A DNA stretch of 64,000 bases from positions 32,001-96,000 of IMG/VR virus record IMGVR_UViG_3300033273_000833. The stretch is one strand, 5' to 3'. Below, in pieces: positions 12,001 to 19,625 of this stretch; position 1 is the stretch's first letter, and every line of letters starts with the position of its first letter. Position numbers and translations under genes: made by a program. The stretch comes from a virus. Lineage: Duplodnaviria > Caudoviricetes. The notes beneath the pieces were generated by a model that searched no databases, was not told the DNA's origin, and saw nothing but the letters and a program-made list of their open reading frames with translations.

Positions 12001-13701
12001 CTTGACCATCAAAATTATCTCACTTACACTTATGGTACATTATATACACTTTCGTTAAATCCTAGAGCTACCGAGATGAATCCATACGACAGAGAAGCGA
12101 CAACAGATGATATTATAAACAGCGCCTCAGACCCAGATCTCGAATACCAATCAACAGAAAAAGGTTTTAACGCGGGCAACGGCGCCAGAATGAATGATTC
12201 TCGTGGTTACAATAATGATCGACACCCAGAAACGACTTTACTATCAAACGGCTCGAATGCTCTTTCTAATCTTTTTTATAATTCAAAAATTAATAATTTA
12301 AAAATAGGAGGAAGTTTTGAGATTCCAAACATTGAACCGACTTTAAAAACATATGATTACGGACATGGTATAAATTTTAATTCAGATGCCGATAATTTTT
12401 TTAATTTTGAAAAAAATTCAAATGATCCAAGTTATGCAGCAAGTAACCCTTACTTTTCTGATGAAAACCACAGTAATAAATGGAGCACAAGCGTTAGGGG
12501 GGTTAGAGCTCCAAGTCCATTATCAATGTTTCGTAGTTCGTATATAAATAACCTAGAAATATCAAATAATTTCCTTCAGTCATGTGAAAAATCTTATGCT
12601 TTAACCGCTATGTTCTATATGGCTAACATCTCAAGTTCGACAGGCTTAGATTTTACAAAACTCAAGACAGATAGCGCAATTTATATGGATCAACTTTTCT
12701 TCGGATATAACGGTACAAACATAAACACCTCCACATTCAAAACCAGCAAAGCTGTAACGATAAAAAATCTTTTTTACAACATCTATAACATATTTAATCA
12801 TAATATAATTACAACAAGCTGGGACACGAGCAATGTCAAGAATTTTGAACACGCTTTCGCTTGGCCCGCAACTACAGGAGGCTCAAACCAAACAGAAGTA
12901 GATAGCATTCTATCCACCTTTGAAATCAACCTATCGGGACTTTCATTCAATTCAGCAGAATTAATTAGAGGAATATTTTGGTACAATAATATTAACTACA
13001 TGATACTACCAACAAATAATTTATTAAGACCTTCTTCTAGAAAAATTTTTACACTAAATAATGTATTCGCAAATTCTGGACGATTTGGTTCATCGACGCC
13101 GTATTCCTTTGCCTTGCCACATTCAAATGAAGATATATTGACAAAAGTTAACGCTTTTTTAAGCTTTCTTGAGCCAGGGCTAACCAATAGAATATCCCTT
13201 AACTCAGCTTTCAATGCTCTAACTCCAGGTAATCAACAAACTACTGAAGATAACCCGACTTACGGATATTACAACACAGACAACAGCTCAAGAAGATCTC
13301 AGCCATATATTTTAGATTTAACGCCTATTGTAGGCAAGTCTATAACGTCATTATATTCTACATTTTTAACATATTTTGGCGGACAGCTAGCAAAGTCTCC
13401 TTTCATAACATCTATCACTAACATTGAGAATTTGTCATTTGACGAAGAAGTAGACGCCTATGACCTATTTAGCGCACTCAGAAGAGTCCATCCAGATTTA
13501 GCAATGAATTTATCTTCTTGGTGTTTGCCTAACGTAGATTATACAGAAAGCGATTTTTTTGATCAAAACAATATACACAATAGCCCTCAGGCCCCAATAT
13601 ACAGCTTTGTAGTATCTGATAGTCAAGGCGGGTATCACGAAAAATCTTCTGCCGCTAATGCAGGAGTTACTTTACCTAATTTTGGTGAACCTTGTGCATA
13701 A
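3004..13701 (+). CDS. Giant adhesin/fibre-like protein: LamG domains, cadherin-like domains, BspA/DUF285-type LRRs
   Basis: 3565 aa; LamG motifs (FSISTWVN, GDWHL, FYKGEIDQLIIF; repeated FNGYAQDFRI and FNGFLSEIL); Ig/cadherin-like segment near residues 1390-1560; many MF.xC..L..l repeats; no signal peptide. Confidence 0.65.
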   Translation: MSLRINRRNNFLEIKEGSNLKIFRAPTRDPNQIPDHDFAYHLGYHNGNNYGLSSNPQFHVNSDSEYYSSSALKFNGTEFLESKEINLLNKNSFSISTWVNTESELEEFLVTDVDSSGDGSFYLKSNNASGRPEFGIYNGVNEFAYVTGNSGINDGDWHLININFSCDKPNEEVSIELYIDSFLQESKSLSGILHLDSLSGNGLWETRKLEASKLTDDDQTSYIEMTNSQEESDLYFAEPITGGIDKIRYRAINDEANFGEIKTSLILKNKDTSEISTWELQSFKSSNFDNQKAISNPTPLYFGQTPFPPPIPEKGISYGPVESVFTAGCPSECLSYDNSLKTWFPIQDYSISSPHASRVIINIPTIKQYVYAGSPKITIQAGGVFTIYSSHINSSTTLNVIFLPIGSTPSLTVNETTNTIDISYPKRNSYFSSTDPALVDILNFINNQDNFTATTTATTYYKNQPMRGLNDGSYQATDETESTNPQAHYPLRAEDARDYETNSSGDVINHEEQYIYANFNTWQTEAPFLYGHDWDSANFTNYEILGIRYHYSSELSNSSTNGMTFSRIIEFGLYLNNTEYDLWTFLPLNNFSGLTSNINNQNNFTIGSSSSNNKEKFYKGEIDQLIIFDKTISQDEINFLYNNNRDNVSYSKELAEDMKVISWYDFANSEIVGWDRHYRKSEKNVARLYHLNNTRKDSSSYAVLPEEFGDIQYSNDVFKFSDYSAYFDGETYLFDEGGKELSFHGNFTIDVFLNFAQIPGADRQELLRTNHFKKTGTSLSIYFQNNRLYFDMYLGLKQFMFIESNELDISTDIFFHVAICRDRENVYLFFDRKICGQASFPYYLPIDNASEGLYIFNEFNGYAQDFRIITEACLYQPEKDIDEFTNRLSSEFYERNILTTTSHYPITKKVEFNDSDGIYIPSKHFIETAHDHKAFNFHKNSFSIIGWFRLENLIKSGFILGSWNDEGGNSHSYAIRYVKNFRDQVNTLVFLASEDGTNFRSVRTIKLKNNIMRSDRWYFFAVTYDTNTQKLKFFLYDQLSFIDSSEGLVNQFFTISRRDDFQINGVKHTEESDTFLDMSLSQLFFLNKPASLAEIESFWNSGGGIKYKESIDLNRYVIAWFDFPEGSLLDLHNQNHLTSSTAFTITEGRRKLEAKDDEAEIFLVKPTIGNNILFNLAEHRPTYETNGINNLHSLQFDQTKTPFLDSNFTLNFNTDFSFYFCFKSSGTNSEFRPIVDFSNSATQGLSVLWKDTPESNYPGILKLIVNNQELVFENEPFIRDINVVNIEWNRKKERVFLSLNNSRLSSAPKSLKNTAIHLNFSQTPMSLGKFYYDSENELGNFNGFLSEILYHYGLAQVETLQYFSDKYNAIHPGTSPEYIYDDDEPAIFFNVSQIKQYIQEGTSYLGRIQCSLSNPIYSTIENSNITINENGDIYLISPADRDIDSYQYTVITSDQDSDIEQSMSFITYVQKDTVIATVDTSNIKTFLADNETSKGTDLGCLSANESVTWSTQDSLITINPYSGCITLNEDIPPGTESIDFTVSTLDTEENITSSTITLTIYNPIRSSELIFKSSYPSPTIELDYILEPGQEYIEVDFNDGLGYRLVHYNNLTSPIPSNFSTANIFHKNSQIYSNYLNSNYWNDFNKSIPLISLQDIAYHEYEENSFEQESRVKSYQFINNWQESDVPESENLYQTFKFSDINHSDFSNAQNIINNLSYKIDRQYLEDEDNINYNDRLVWRRIRFTLSSNHYFKIRGKFISLNARRYGYNEGVDTGSENLAELTLIADEDSVLQKTSFNGFDISNLTLNIETDQLVDLTKFLQGCRIADISIINFNTSNVLCMSNFASRMYSKNTVDPSDSSRSLLPIKNLIQNDIDFSNVLTIDRFLYDSHDFTYSSQFNATLINGYQETDVTSCEENWDQWLLDNNSNHEHDINLSQADFSNLLSMSESFRGWCSNFQVIFDTQTTKTYTKVKNMYRCFSECQIGIHPILSNIVKFVSLSNYNHSSIYPTQQKIVSSLSYRSSEYATDYSYSSYRSERDNYFFFEYSDERVIKTTYGDTGTIIHNNKVYSNSANHYLPELQVTPVLIPFFTKTTVDLSLFTNGLKDISYLFREFYSFSDINFTNQLKSTNFSEVIDIKKLFTSSFLIQNITFPNNSNLAPSNIKDSSAMFSECYTLKNVNNFEYMSIPNSESCENMFYYCVDLKSIKIPHLNKVKSLHRMFYHCINLSLIEGSTDAFGYGGPNSTGLIDLEDGSECFYKNEKLKTLNLSNITSTKLSNINKMFYGCRRLSSIYIGETYVNEGSASNSDKNFYLGNVTTANLAFFQCEFLRWFCRKGENIFDIERINLQNCSSAVGIFRYCFRPLFLDLQDVILNPLRSTNTYDYPNDIGKFLQPISFWDFSQSLEDNLLEACTYPDKYSELVDYFFQEQDLLDSGDFDLASKPPVFKKGTEVSNFPQAEIEGLVDKGDFNIEIILAHNSSFDLRYIKAIISPNYEHYDLFLNSLTDGTSINTVRIFWTYSTHPNESSILTNHFGTSAITPYEFFIAQGGNYEGELCIFIKDRNSTVQDIIEANRGPGIKFETLLDVEADPIGTLDLDGSPQYSSGSLSNSSNSSYISANYAIKPWFTYRSNLILDLNENSGINLANAFRNCTLIENVFIKGSSAKINNFSGAFGHNTSLRYCDTSSINFLDNYTSESAFFNCLNLRQVNLGSNFLPQNNQNRNLRSMFMYCDFLVKIDNDCADWYGPNLKTIENLFNRCSLLKQINLSNLSPVKCKYMDFAFLSCTSLESLDLTNFNSHKLQSLKSAFSHLSLKSYSGLLNYYYNPSALRLNYLPSAKIIPYTIAYEDILYNSNTNTSVFFSNSYLNMLREGDRFTELFSCASKFGPLKFEIPELHNISSTRVDLDLSSLDLSNVRDATSLDSLDGSLGYSSSYVRYGIARNPDDTFDIEALHSRGLWRHDDYNYISENTLTINSEGEITSIEEPLYISNYNSNYEDNLDHQNYLTYTYGTLYTLSLNPRATEMNPYDREATTDDIINSASDPDLEYQSTEKGFNAGNGARMNDSRGYNNDRHPETTLLSNGSNALSNLFYNSKINNLKIGGSFEIPNIEPTLKTYDYGHGINFNSDADNFFNFEKNSNDPSYAASNPYFSDENHSNKWSTSVRGVRAPSPLSMFRSSYINNLEISNNFLQSCEKSYALTAMFYMANISSSTGLDFTKLKTDSAIYMDQLFFGYNGTNINTSTFKTSKAVTIKNLFYNIYNIFNHNIITTSWDTSNVKNFEHAFAWPATTGGSNQTEVDSILSTFEINLSGLSFNSAELIRGIFWYNNINYMILPTNNLLRPSSRKIFTLNNVFANSGRFGSSTPYSFALPHSNEDILTKVNAFLSFLEPGLTNRISLNSAFNALTPGNQQTTEDNPTYGYYNTDNSSRRSQPYILDLTPIVGKSITSLYSTFLTYFGGQLAKSPFITSITNIENLSFDEEVDAYDLFSALRRVHPDLAMNLSSWCLPNVDYTESDFFDQNNIHNSPQAPIYSFVVSDSQGGYHEKSSAANAGVTLPNFGEPCA

Positions 13702-13707
13702 ATTTTA

Positions 13708-13736
13708 TTGACATTGATCTTTTTTTAACTTATAAT
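13708..13736 (+). promoter_or_regulatory. sigma70 promoter for nrdB
   Basis: TTGACA-N17-TATAAT; ATG 16 nt after the -10. Confidence 0.85.
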
Positions 13737-13752
13737 CGTTATATATAAAATT

Positions 13753-14766
13753 ATGAAAGATAAAACTGGAGAACTATTAACAAAAAATATTGCAGGAGTA
13801 AATAGAATTTTACCTCATAAACATAAATACGCATGGGATTTATTTTTAAAAAGTTGCGCAAACAATTGGATGCCTACAGAAATTTCTATGCAAAATGACA
13901 TCCAACAATGGAAAAACAATGAAATCACAGAAGATGAAAAACTCTTGGTTAAGCGCTGCCTTGGATTCTTTGCTGGATCTGAGTCTTTGGTTGGTAATAA
14001 TTTGCTTTTGTCAGCTTTTAGATTTATTACTGACGCTGAGTGTCGTCAGTACATTTTGCGTCAAGCGTTTGAAGAAAGCTTACACAACTTGACCGTAGTA
14101 TATATATGCGACAGTCTAGATCTTGATATAGAAGAGGTCTTTACTGCCTACGAAACAATACCTAGTATAAAAGCAAAAGATGACTTCTTAATGAATATAA
14201 CCAACGACATCAGTAGGCAAGACTTTGATCCTCACACAAAAGAAGGCAAGCAAGAAATTCTAAGGAACTTTCTAACGTACTGGATTGTATGCGAGGGTAC
14301 ATTCTTCTTCAGCGGCTTCGCAATGCTTTTGGCGCTAGGCAGACAAAACAAGCTTCAAGGAATTTCGGATCAAATTAAATATACATTGAGGGACGAAAGT
14401 TCACACATTGCATTTGGAACTTATTTAATTAATACATTAATCGAGCAGAATCCTTCTATATGGACTAAGGCAATTCAAGATGAATTTGTCGAACATATAA
14501 AAAAGGCTGTAGAGCTAGAAATCGCATATGCACATGATGTACTTCCTACTGGAATTTTAGGATTAAATGCAGAAATGTTCGTCGATTATATGCACTACAT
14601 CGGCAATAGAAGGTTAGAAGCAATAGGTCTAGACTATCGTTTTCCTAGTGATAAAAACCCTTTCCCTTGGCTAGGAGAAGTTGTTGACGTACAAGCTATG
14701 GGTAACTTTTTTGAAAGAAGGGTTAGGGAGTACCAGCAAAGCGGATCTTTAGAAGACGATTTCTAA
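13753..14766 (+). CDS. nrdB: Ribonucleotide reductase small subunit, class Ic (R2c) type
   Basis: FFAGSESL, RQAFEESLHNLTVVY, EGTFFFSGF, RDESSH and C-terminal RRVREY; Val115 sits at the tyrosyl-radical position. Confidence 0.95.
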   Translation: MKDKTGELLTKNIAGVNRILPHKHKYAWDLFLKSCANNWMPTEISMQNDIQQWKNNEITEDEKLLVKRCLGFFAGSESLVGNNLLLSAFRFITDAECRQYILRQAFEESLHNLTVVYICDSLDLDIEEVFTAYETIPSIKAKDDFLMNITNDISRQDFDPHTKEGKQEILRNFLTYWIVCEGTFFFSGFAMLLALGRQNKLQGISDQIKYTLRDESSHIAFGTYLINTLIEQNPSIWTKAIQDEFVEHIKKAVELEIAYAHDVLPTGILGLNAEMFVDYMHYIGNRRLEAIGLDYRFPSDKNPFPWLGEVVDVQAMGNFFERRVREYQQSGSLEDDF

Positions 14767-14767
14767 A

Positions 14768-15454
14768 TTACTTATCTTTCTTTTTCTTACTCGATTCTTG
14801 AGCTTTTTTTAAGGACTTAGGGTCTGGGTAATCTTTATCTCCAGGTTTTGCTGGTTTATAATTTTTACCCATTCTTTTTTTCTTGTTTCTAATATTTTCC
14901 CAAAGCCCAGGTTTTGAAGCGTCGGATTCTTTTTCCTTGCTAGGAGTTTTATCTTTTTTATCTTCCTTAGTATCTTTGCCTTTTTTTTGTAAAATTTTCT
15001 TTTGGAGAGCTGGAGGTAACTTTTTTTGTTCTTTTGTTAGTTCGGCATCCGATTCATCTAGAAAAGATACCATCTCTTCCTCGGCTTGTTGCTCTCCTTT
15101 AGTCATTTTGGTAACGCTTTTCTTACTCCACATTTTACAACTCCAATATTTAGCTTTCGTTTTAGGTCCAGGATTATCGCAACCATGCCTAGCCCTAAAA
15201 CTTTTACGCCTTGCAGGATCGTCCCGCTTAATAGACATATTTGGGTCCCCGAAATTAACTTTCACTACGTTGCCTTTATCGTTTTTAACGTAAACAGAAA
15301 ACTTCTTAGGTCCACCAGGAGTTCTAAAGGGTTTATTTAATTTTTTTCCTTTATTTTCCTCTGCAGCCCAAGCTTCTTCCGAAATAAATTCTTCATTTCC
15401 TTGTTGTGCTAATAGTTGATCTTTAATTTGTTGAGTAAAATCTAATTCTTTCAT
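14768..15454 (-). CDS. Lys-rich basic protein, probable internal virion/DNA-binding protein
   Basis: KKFSVYV..VNFGD..RKSFRARHGC..YWSCKMW module and GLWENIRNKKKR module, both familiar from marine phages; preceded by GTGTAA. Confidence 0.55.
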   Translation of the reverse strand: MKELDFTQQIKDQLLAQQGNEEFISEEAWAAEENKGKKLNKPFRTPGGPKKFSVYVKNDKGNVVKVNFGDPNMSIKRDDPARRKSFRARHGCDNPGPKTKAKYWSCKMWSKKSVTKMTKGEQQAEEEMVSFLDESDAELTKEQKKLPPALQKKILQKKGKDTKEDKKDKTPSKEKESDASKPGLWENIRNKKKRMGKNYKPAKPGDKDYPDPKSLKKAQESSKKKKDK

Positions 15455-15462
15455 ACATAATT

Positions 15463-15468
15463 TTACAC
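15463..15468 (-). promoter_or_regulatory. GTGTAA putative late-promoter motif
   Basis: GTGTAA-N8-ATG(15454) on the minus strand. Confidence 0.7.
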
Positions 15469-15506
15469 TGTGTTTATGTAATAAATAAAACTTTTTTCAC
15501 TTTTTT

Positions 15507-15512
15507 GTGTAA
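15507..15512 (+). promoter_or_regulatory. GTGTAA putative late-promoter motif
   Basis: GTGTAA-N8-ATG(15521). Confidence 0.7.
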
Positions 15513-15520
15513 CCTTAGTC

Positions 15521-15916
15521 ATGGAATATAGCAAGCAAGGCGTACCAGGAAAATTAATAAATACTCAATTAGCTTCAACTAATTTAGCAGAAGTCACTGA
15601 GTTCGAAGGTCAGAGAATCCAATCAGCATATTTTTCTACTTGCGGAGAAAGCATAGGCATACAAGCTCCCGAAGGAAGGAGTATTGTAATTACTGATGTA
15701 ATCCATGGAGCAACAGGAGGAACAACTGGTGATAGTACCGACCTAGAACTATGCTTTAAAGACTCAAAAACTTCAAACGCCTCAACTAGAGTAGTCTTTT
15801 TAGTAATGCCAGCCAGAACCACTCACACGTTTTTCACTCCCATACTTTTGCCTGCTGGAAAATTTTTAAATTTCCGCAGCGGTTCCGATTTAACAATTTG
15901 TTATTATATAGTTTAG
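15521..15916 (+). CDS. Hypothetical beta-rich protein, possibly virion
   Basis: 131-aa ORF filling the gap, with a GTGTAA motif upstream. Confidence 0.6.
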   Translation: MEYSKQGVPGKLINTQLASTNLAEVTEFEGQRIQSAYFSTCGESIGIQAPEGRSIVITDVIHGATGGTTGDSTDLELCFKDSKTSNASTRVVFLVMPARTTHTFFTPILLPAGKFLNFRSGSDLTICYYIV

Positions 15917-15918
15917 TC

Positions 15919-15947
15919 TTGACTTTTGTTGACTAATTGCCTATAAT
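15919..15947 (+). promoter_or_regulatory. sigma70 promoter (leaderless geometry)
   Basis: TTGACT-N17-TATAAT-N6-GTG(15954). Confidence 0.8.
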
Positions 15948-15953
15948 TATAAG

Positions 15954-16292
15954 GTGATTAAAAATAATAACAAAAAAGACATTCTATCAAATATTGTTGA
16001 TATTCCTAAAACACAAAAAAGAGCTTTTTGGGCGAGAGAATTTAAAATACTTAATGACTTAATGAGCATCTTTCCTAACGAAAAGTTTTGGAATGTAATT
16101 AATTTTAAAGAAAAAAAAGATTCTTTAATATTTTATAAATCAGAGCATGGCTTGAAGATACTTAAAGCTTTGTACAATGAATACAACTATCAACCAAAAA
16201 CAACCCCTAAAATAAAATTAGGGGAAAAATTTGGAGAAGACAAAATTATACCATCTAACAATAAAACAATTAAAAACTTTCTATCATCATGA
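15954..16292 (+). CDS. Hypothetical protein
   Basis: 112-aa ORF coupled (ATGA) to the recombinase gene. Confidence 0.65.
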   Translation: MIKNNNKKDILSNIVDIPKTQKRAFWAREFKILNDLMSIFPNEKFWNVINFKEKKDSLIFYKSEHGLKILKALYNEYNYQPKTTPKIKLGEKFGEDKIIPSNNKTIKNFLSS

Positions 16293-17395
16293 CAGACACA
16301 CAATCAAATACATTTTTAAAATCTTTTTTAAAAAACAATAAAGAATACCATTATAACTTCGAAGAAGAGATAGACTATAAGGTTTCGAGCGGCAGTCTTA
16401 GAATGGATTTCGAGCTTGGAGGAGGATTCGGTCCAGGTCTACATAGATTTGTTGGCATGAATGAAGGAGGAAAAACATCAGAATCTTTAGAAGTTATGAA
16501 AAACTTTTTAAATACGCAGGAAAAAAGTAAAGGTTTTTTTATCAAAGCTGAAGGTCGGTTAAGTCCCGAAATGAGATTAAGGTCAGGAATAAACTTTGTA
16601 TTCTCTGAAGATGATTGGGTAGAAGGAACATGTTTTGTTTTTGAAAGCAATGTTTACGAAACAGTACTAGAAGTTATGAAAATGCTAATACTTAATAACG
16701 ATGATGGAAACAAATACTGTTTCGTATTAGATTCTTTAGACGGTCTGATAACTAAAGATGACTTAAATAAATCTTTTGAAGACGCGCATAAAGTTGCTGG
16801 AGGAGCCTTATTGGGAGCGAAGTTCATGCAAAGAATGAGTATATCTTTAGCTAAAAGGGGACATATGGCAATATTTATATCTCAAGTAAGAGCTGATATT
16901 AAACTCGATCCATACTCAAAAGCCCCCGTAAGACAAACAAGCGCTACTGGAGGCAATGCCTTATTGCATTTTGCAAATTTTATATTAGAGTTTCAGCCTA
17001 GATTTAAAAAAGATATTATCCTAGAAGACTCAGCCAAACCAGTCTGTCCAGATAAAAACCCAATGCTTGGACACCTAGTCAGTATAACGGTCAAAAAGTC
17101 TCCTAATGAAAAAACCAATTATACATTAAATTATCCAATTAAATATGGTAGACAAGGGGGTAACTCAGTATGGGTGGAAAGAGAAATTATAGACATGTTA
17201 TATTTATGGGGATATATAAATAAAAAAGGAGCATGGATTAGCGTCGAAGAAGAATTTATTAATATATTAAAAGATAATAAATTTGATTTTCCTGAAAAAA
17301 TACAGGGTGATTCAAAATTAAATAACCATCTTGAAGAAAACCCTGATATGGTTAAATTTTTAATAAAGCATTTTAAAGAAATTATATCTAAGTGA
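16289..17395 (+). CDS. recA: RecA/UvsX-like recombinase
   Basis: SSGSL..D..LGGG, Walker A GMNEGGKT, Walker B FVLDSL, IFISQVR, TGGNALLHFA, KKGAW; divergent phage-type sequence. Confidence 0.9.
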   Translation: MTDTQSNTFLKSFLKNNKEYHYNFEEEIDYKVSSGSLRMDFELGGGFGPGLHRFVGMNEGGKTSESLEVMKNFLNTQEKSKGFFIKAEGRLSPEMRLRSGINFVFSEDDWVEGTCFVFESNVYETVLEVMKMLILNNDDGNKYCFVLDSLDGLITKDDLNKSFEDAHKVAGGALLGAKFMQRMSISLAKRGHMAIFISQVRADIKLDPYSKAPVRQTSATGGNALLHFANFILEFQPRFKKDIILEDSAKPVCPDKNPMLGHLVSITVKKSPNEKTNYTLNYPIKYGRQGGNSVWVEREIIDMLYLWGYINKKGAWISVEEEFINILKDNKFDFPEKIQGDSKLNNHLEENPDMVKFLIKHFKEIISK

Positions 17396-17799
17396 AATTT
17401 AAAACCACCTCAGGAGTAATAAAAAGAGCCAAAACTCCTAAAAAGTATTTCATTGATTGGGAGGGAGAAAGCAAAAGCAAATTTCAAAAAAATGTTAAAA
17501 AATTTTTATTTGACTTCTGGAGGTATGATGTTGTGCTAGAAGAGTTTCCTATTCCTGGAAGCAGATTATCTATAGATTTTTTTAACGTAAACAAAAAAAT
17601 AGCTGTTGAAGTTCAAGGCGATCAGCACATAAAATATGTACCCTACTTTCATCAAACAAAAGGTAATTATCTACATCAATTAAGAAAAGACAAGGATAAA
17701 GAAAATTTTTGCAATATAAATGATATTATTTTGGTCGAAATTTTCACTGATGACGTTATATCTATAGATTTATTTAAAAAGTATAATATAGATTTATAG
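17392..17799 (+). CDS. Vsr/DUF559-like endonuclease
   Basis: EEFPIPG.RLSIDFF..IAVEVQGDQH; GTG start overlapping the upstream stop. Confidence 0.7.
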   Translation: MKFKTTSGVIKRAKTPKKYFIDWEGESKSKFQKNVKKFLFDFWRYDVVLEEFPIPGSRLSIDFFNVNKKIAVEVQGDQHIKYVPYFHQTKGNYLHQLRKDKDKENFCNINDIILVEIFTDDVISIDLFKKYNIDL

Positions 17800-17804
17800 T
17801 GTAA
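17799..17804 (+). promoter_or_regulatory. GTGTAA putative late-promoter motif
   Basis: GTGTAA-N8-ATG(17813); supports 17813 rather than 17804 as the start. Confidence 0.6.
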
Positions 17805-17812
17805 TGGTTTTT

Positions 17813-18070
17813 ATGAGAGATTTTGATCCAGACAACCTTGGGCAATTTGAAATGCCCGACGAAATATTTGAAAAAATATATGAACTATCAGGAGGTACAG
17901 AAGAATCCTCCAAAGGATTTTTATTGGCCTATGTAAATAGTGTTGGCGAGCCTATTATTCACTCTAAAGCACCTAATCAAATTGTTCATATGGGGCTAAT
18001 AAAAGCTATAGAGCAATTTTTAATTCAAATGGAATCTCAGGAGGATATACCTCCATCTTCTGAAGATTAG
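17813..18070 (+). CDS. Small acidic hypothetical protein
   Basis: ORF track entry 17804..18070, start moved using the motif. Confidence 0.6.
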   Translation: MRDFDPDNLGQFEMPDEIFEKIYELSGGTEESSKGFLLAYVNSVGEPIIHSKAPNQIVHMGLIKAIEQFLIQMESQEDIPPSSED

Positions 18071-18072
18071 TG

Positions 18073-18101
18073 TTGACTTTTAAAGTTTTTCTTGGTATCA
18101 T
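18073..18101 (+). promoter_or_regulatory. sigma70 promoter with extended -10 (leaderless geometry)
   Basis: TTGACT-N17-TATCAT with TGn, then N6-ATG(18108). Confidence 0.8.
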
Positions 18102-18107
18102 TTTAAT

Positions 18108-19622
18108 ATGATATCGTCAAACGAACTCGAACAACATGTTTTGGCTGGACTAATTAGGTATCCAGATATATTCCATGATATAGAATATTTTATTGATGAA
18201 AAAGATTTTTACGATGAAGACTCTATAGTTCATAAAACTATATTTAAAATCATCAAGCAATTAGCAAATGCATCAGAACCTATAGATCCAGTCATTATAG
18301 CAGAAAGAATTAATTCAATCGGAATTAGTTTTGAAGATAATATAAATGTTTCTGACTATGTTCAAGCTCTCTCAATGAGAAGAGTTGCCAAGAACCAAGT
18401 AATTTCTTCTTGTAAGGAGCTCAAAAAATTAACAGTCAAAAGAGAAATATGCAACTCTGCCAAAGAAGTTATATCGGCAGTTAAGCGAATGCCAGCAGAA
18501 TCGTCTTACTCTGAAATTGTGGGAGAAGCAGATTCGGTTTTTAATAAAACTATTAATGTTTTTGACTCAGGGCAAGATGCCCCGATTAATATATATGAGA
18601 ACATGGAGTCTATGGTAGAAGAGTTGGGCAATAACCCAGTCACCGACTTTGGGCTTAAAGGGCCTCATAAAAAACTACATGATTTATACGGCTCGCTTTT
18701 GCGCCCAGGAAACATTACAGTTATTACCGCAAGGTCTGGAGTAGGTAAGACTCAATTTTGCATGGATTTTTGCACCAAGGTTTCAGCGGAACATAATATA
18801 CCTATTCTTCATTTTGATAACGGAGAAATGAGCTTTGAAGAACTGACAATGAGGCAGTGTGCGGCTTTAAGCGGGGTCCCCTTGCATCTATGTGAGACAG
18901 GGAAATGGAGGACTGCTGGTGAAGAAGTCTGCAATAAGATTAGGTCAGTATTTCCAAAAGTTAAAGGCTTGCAGTTCTATTACCAAAACGTAGGAGGTCT
19001 TTCTGTCAATGAAATGATTAGCTTAGTCAAAAGATTTTACTATGGTAAAATCGGAAGGGGCAACCCTTTGATATTGAGCTTCGACTACATCAAAACTTCT
19101 TATTCCGAAAATAGTTCTAACATGAAAGAGTGGGAGCAAATAGGCAAAATGGTTAACGACTTCAAGAAGTGCATACAAAGAGATATTGTAGTTGACGGTA
19201 AACCAGTGATACCAATGATTACTAGTGTTCAAACAAACAGAATGGGAATCAGTCAAAACAGAAACTCTGATTCCGTCGTGGAAGATGAAAGCGTAGTATC
19301 TCTCTCTGATAGGATAACGCAGTTTTGCTCGCACATGTTTTTCTTAAGGCCGAAAACAACCGACGAAATAGAGTCTGACATGGGTTTCGGTACTCATAAA
19401 TTAATTAATCTAAAATCTAGACACCTAGGCGATGATGTTTTTGGGGCGTTAGAACCCGTAAAGATGCCTGACGGAAGATTAAAAAAGAACTATATTAATT
19501 TGAATTTTGATAATTTTGGAATAACCGAAGTAGGAGATCTTAGAGATTTAGTCGAGCACTTAGAAGCTTCAGGAGAACCATTAATGGATGGAGAATCTGA
19601 ACTTCCTGATCTTTTTTCTTAA
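18108..19622 (+). CDS. dnaB: Replicative DNA helicase
   Basis: N-terminal EQHVLAGL; LRPGNITVITARSGVGKT; FDYIK; VQTNR; LKSRH arginine finger. Confidence 0.9.
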   Translation: MISSNELEQHVLAGLIRYPDIFHDIEYFIDEKDFYDEDSIVHKTIFKIIKQLANASEPIDPVIIAERINSIGISFEDNINVSDYVQALSMRRVAKNQVISSCKELKKLTVKREICNSAKEVISAVKRMPAESSYSEIVGEADSVFNKTINVFDSGQDAPINIYENMESMVEELGNNPVTDFGLKGPHKKLHDLYGSLLRPGNITVITARSGVGKTQFCMDFCTKVSAEHNIPILHFDNGEMSFEELTMRQCAALSGVPLHLCETGKWRTAGEEVCNKIRSVFPKVKGLQFYYQNVGGLSVNEMISLVKRFYYGKIGRGNPLILSFDYIKTSYSENSSNMKEWEQIGKMVNDFKKCIQRDIVVDGKPVIPMITSVQTNRMGISQNRNSDSVVEDESVVSLSDRITQFCSHMFFLRPKTTDEIESDMGFGTHKLINLKSRHLGDDVFGALEPVKMPDGRLKKNYINLNFDNFGITEVGDLRDLVEHLEASGEPLMDGESELPDLFS

Positions 19623-19625
19623 TCA

